From the NCBI RefSeq assembly GCF_009914755.1, contig NC_060939.1: DNA of 64,000 bases; one strand, written 5' to 3'. Each line of letters begins with the position of its first letter. Position 1 is the stretch's first letter. The position numbers were made by a program, and so were the translations under genes. This document shows, one piece after another, positions 56,935 to 64,000 of the stretch. Below the pieces are notes generated by a model. The model ran no database searches. It was not told where the DNA came from and was given only the letters and a program-made list of their open reading frames with translations. Source of the DNA: the human T2T-CHM13v2.0 reference genome, Homo sapiens.

Positions 56935-57566
56935 AAACAGGTTAAGTGGATCCAGTGAAGATATCTAAAACTCCAATGGCTTCAGTGAGGTACATGTATA
57001 TTTCTCTGTCGTGTAACAGTCCCAAGGGAGGCTGGCAGTCCAAGGAGGGATGCAGTCTGCCTAGCCCCACACCATCACCTGGGAACCCAGGTTCTTCCTC
57101 TCTTGCTACTCCACCATCTCCGGAGGTGTGGCCTGTGTGCGTGGTTCAGACAGGCTCACCTGCACTGCATCTGTGGGAAAGGGAAAAGGAGAAGGGAAGG
57201 CAAGCTGTTGCTTTTTAAAAGTTCTATCCCAATGGCTAGAACTTGTCATCTTTCACCTTACTGACCCCAGGCAGTATGTCTGGGGTCAATAAGGTGAGAG
57301 ATGACAGGTTTACCCTTATGGTACATATGGTACCCTCTTCTGGTACGATATGATACCTTGAATGCCAAGGAAAAGTTCAGGGACCGGGAGAAGGCACAGG
57401 ACCTGTTTAAGTTCCATTTGAGCTTCATCCAGCTGCAAGGGAGACTGGGTGATACGTTTTCTGCCTGGGTGGCTCTCTATCCAGCTAAAACACAGTGGGA
57501 TCCTGTTGCCAAAAGGAAGAAGGGGAGAATGAATTTGGGCTCAAGTTAGCAGTCTCTTCCATACAG
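56935..57566. mobile_element. MLT1J/K-type LTR interrupted by the exon-P copy
   Basis: ...cccaatggctagaacttgtca | insert | cat...cagctgcaagggagactggg...gaaggggagaatgaat...agcagtctcttccataca follows the MLT1J/K pattern cattggccagaacttagtcacatggcc...agctgcaagggaggctggg. Confidence 0.7.
57240..57415 (+). pseudogene. Intronic rearranged partial copy of RYR3 exon P (acceptor + inverted acceptor + 84-nt exon body)
   Basis: 57244-57270 matches 50640-50666 (26/27); 57280-57306 matches its reverse complement (26/27); 57332-57415 matches 50679-50762 (80/84). Confidence 0.95.
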
Positions 57567-57978
57567 CCCTGCTCAGAGGACTAAAGGCACAGAAGGGCTT
57601 GAGTCGCCTTGCTCTGAGAAGCAGACAGAATGCTTGAGGCTAGTGGCACTAAGCCATGCCTTGAGTGCCTCTTAGATGCAGCGCCCAAGAAGCCCTATCT
57701 GAGTGCAGCTGTCTCGTAGGACTCCTCTGCAAATGCGCACACATTTCTTTGGGCCCTTAGTCCATGGCTGTCTCCTTTCACATGCCCTTAAGGACTCTGG
57801 TTTGAGGCATAGAAAAGGAAAATACGATGGAAACTGGGACCAAAGGGGTAGAATTTCCTGGAAATTACAGGACCAGGGTTCAGAGGCTTTTTGCTCACTG
57901 AAAATAAACACTTTTAAATGAACCAAATGAAGAGTTTTGGATAGCTTCCTAGAAGTTGATTTCTGGTGCGTTTCCCAG

Positions 57979-58100
57979 GTTCTCCTCCCGCTGGTTGACC
58001 AGTACTTCACCAGTCATTGCCTCTACTTCTTGTCATCCCCTCTGAAGCCCCTTAGCAGCAGCGGATATGCCTCCCATAAGGAGAAAGAAATGGTGGCCGG
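57979..58100 (+). CDS. RYR3: RYR3 exon S ([40 protein letters not shown])
   Basis: ttcccag acceptor; CGG|gtgagt donor; 122 nt. Confidence 0.95.
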
Positions 58101-58343
58101 GTGAGTCTACAAGATAAAGGGAAGGTGATGGTGCTGATGCAATTTACTTAAAATGCCAGGTCCCTGTGGACTAAAAGGCGAGTCTTTTGGAGAAATGAAA
58201 CTGGATGATGTTTTGGTTTGTCATCTGAGTTTCGAAAGAAACTATATTCATACATATCTGAATTATTTCAGCAACCAATTGAGGTATACTGTGTGGGAGT
58301 ACCCGTGGGGCTTGGGAAAGATGTATATAATTAAATCAACATC

Positions 58344-64000
<5,657 letters not shown>

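Noticed and set aside
57301-57549. 82-aa ORF containing RyR-like peptide; possible mutually exclusive exon
   Set aside because: The copy stops 28 nt before the donor-equivalent position, is separated from its acceptor by an inversion with an in-frame stop, and lies out of exon order

Overview
Primate genomic DNA, most likely human (AluY, L1PA7/8-type L1s). The window is an internal 64-kb part of the ryanodine receptor 3 gene (RYR3) on the + strand. Nineteen GT-AG coding exons (labelled A-S here, 2326 nt, about 775 aa) splice into one open frame with matching phases. They encode the helical/bridging solenoid region and the Repeat3-4 phosphorylation domain. Introns contain Alus, two L1PA elements, MaLR LTRs, an LTR10-type solo LTR, L2, MIR, DNA transposons and a Y3 RNA retropseudogene. 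No prokaryotic system or CRISPR array is present. The most unusual structure is at 57240-57415: a templated partial copy of exon P and its splice acceptor, inserted into an old MLT1 LTR with a fold-back inversion. This forms a 34-bp RNA hairpin that hides both splice sites of a potential 23-nt frameshifting (poison) microexon. Other notable items are an inverted L1 pair around an in-frame 306-nt three-exon block, a displaced Alu head, a split MER63 with a 216-bp duplication, NAGNAG acceptors and a recursive-splice-type exon. Repeat family names come from recalled consensus sequences and need RepeatMasker/Dfam confirmation.
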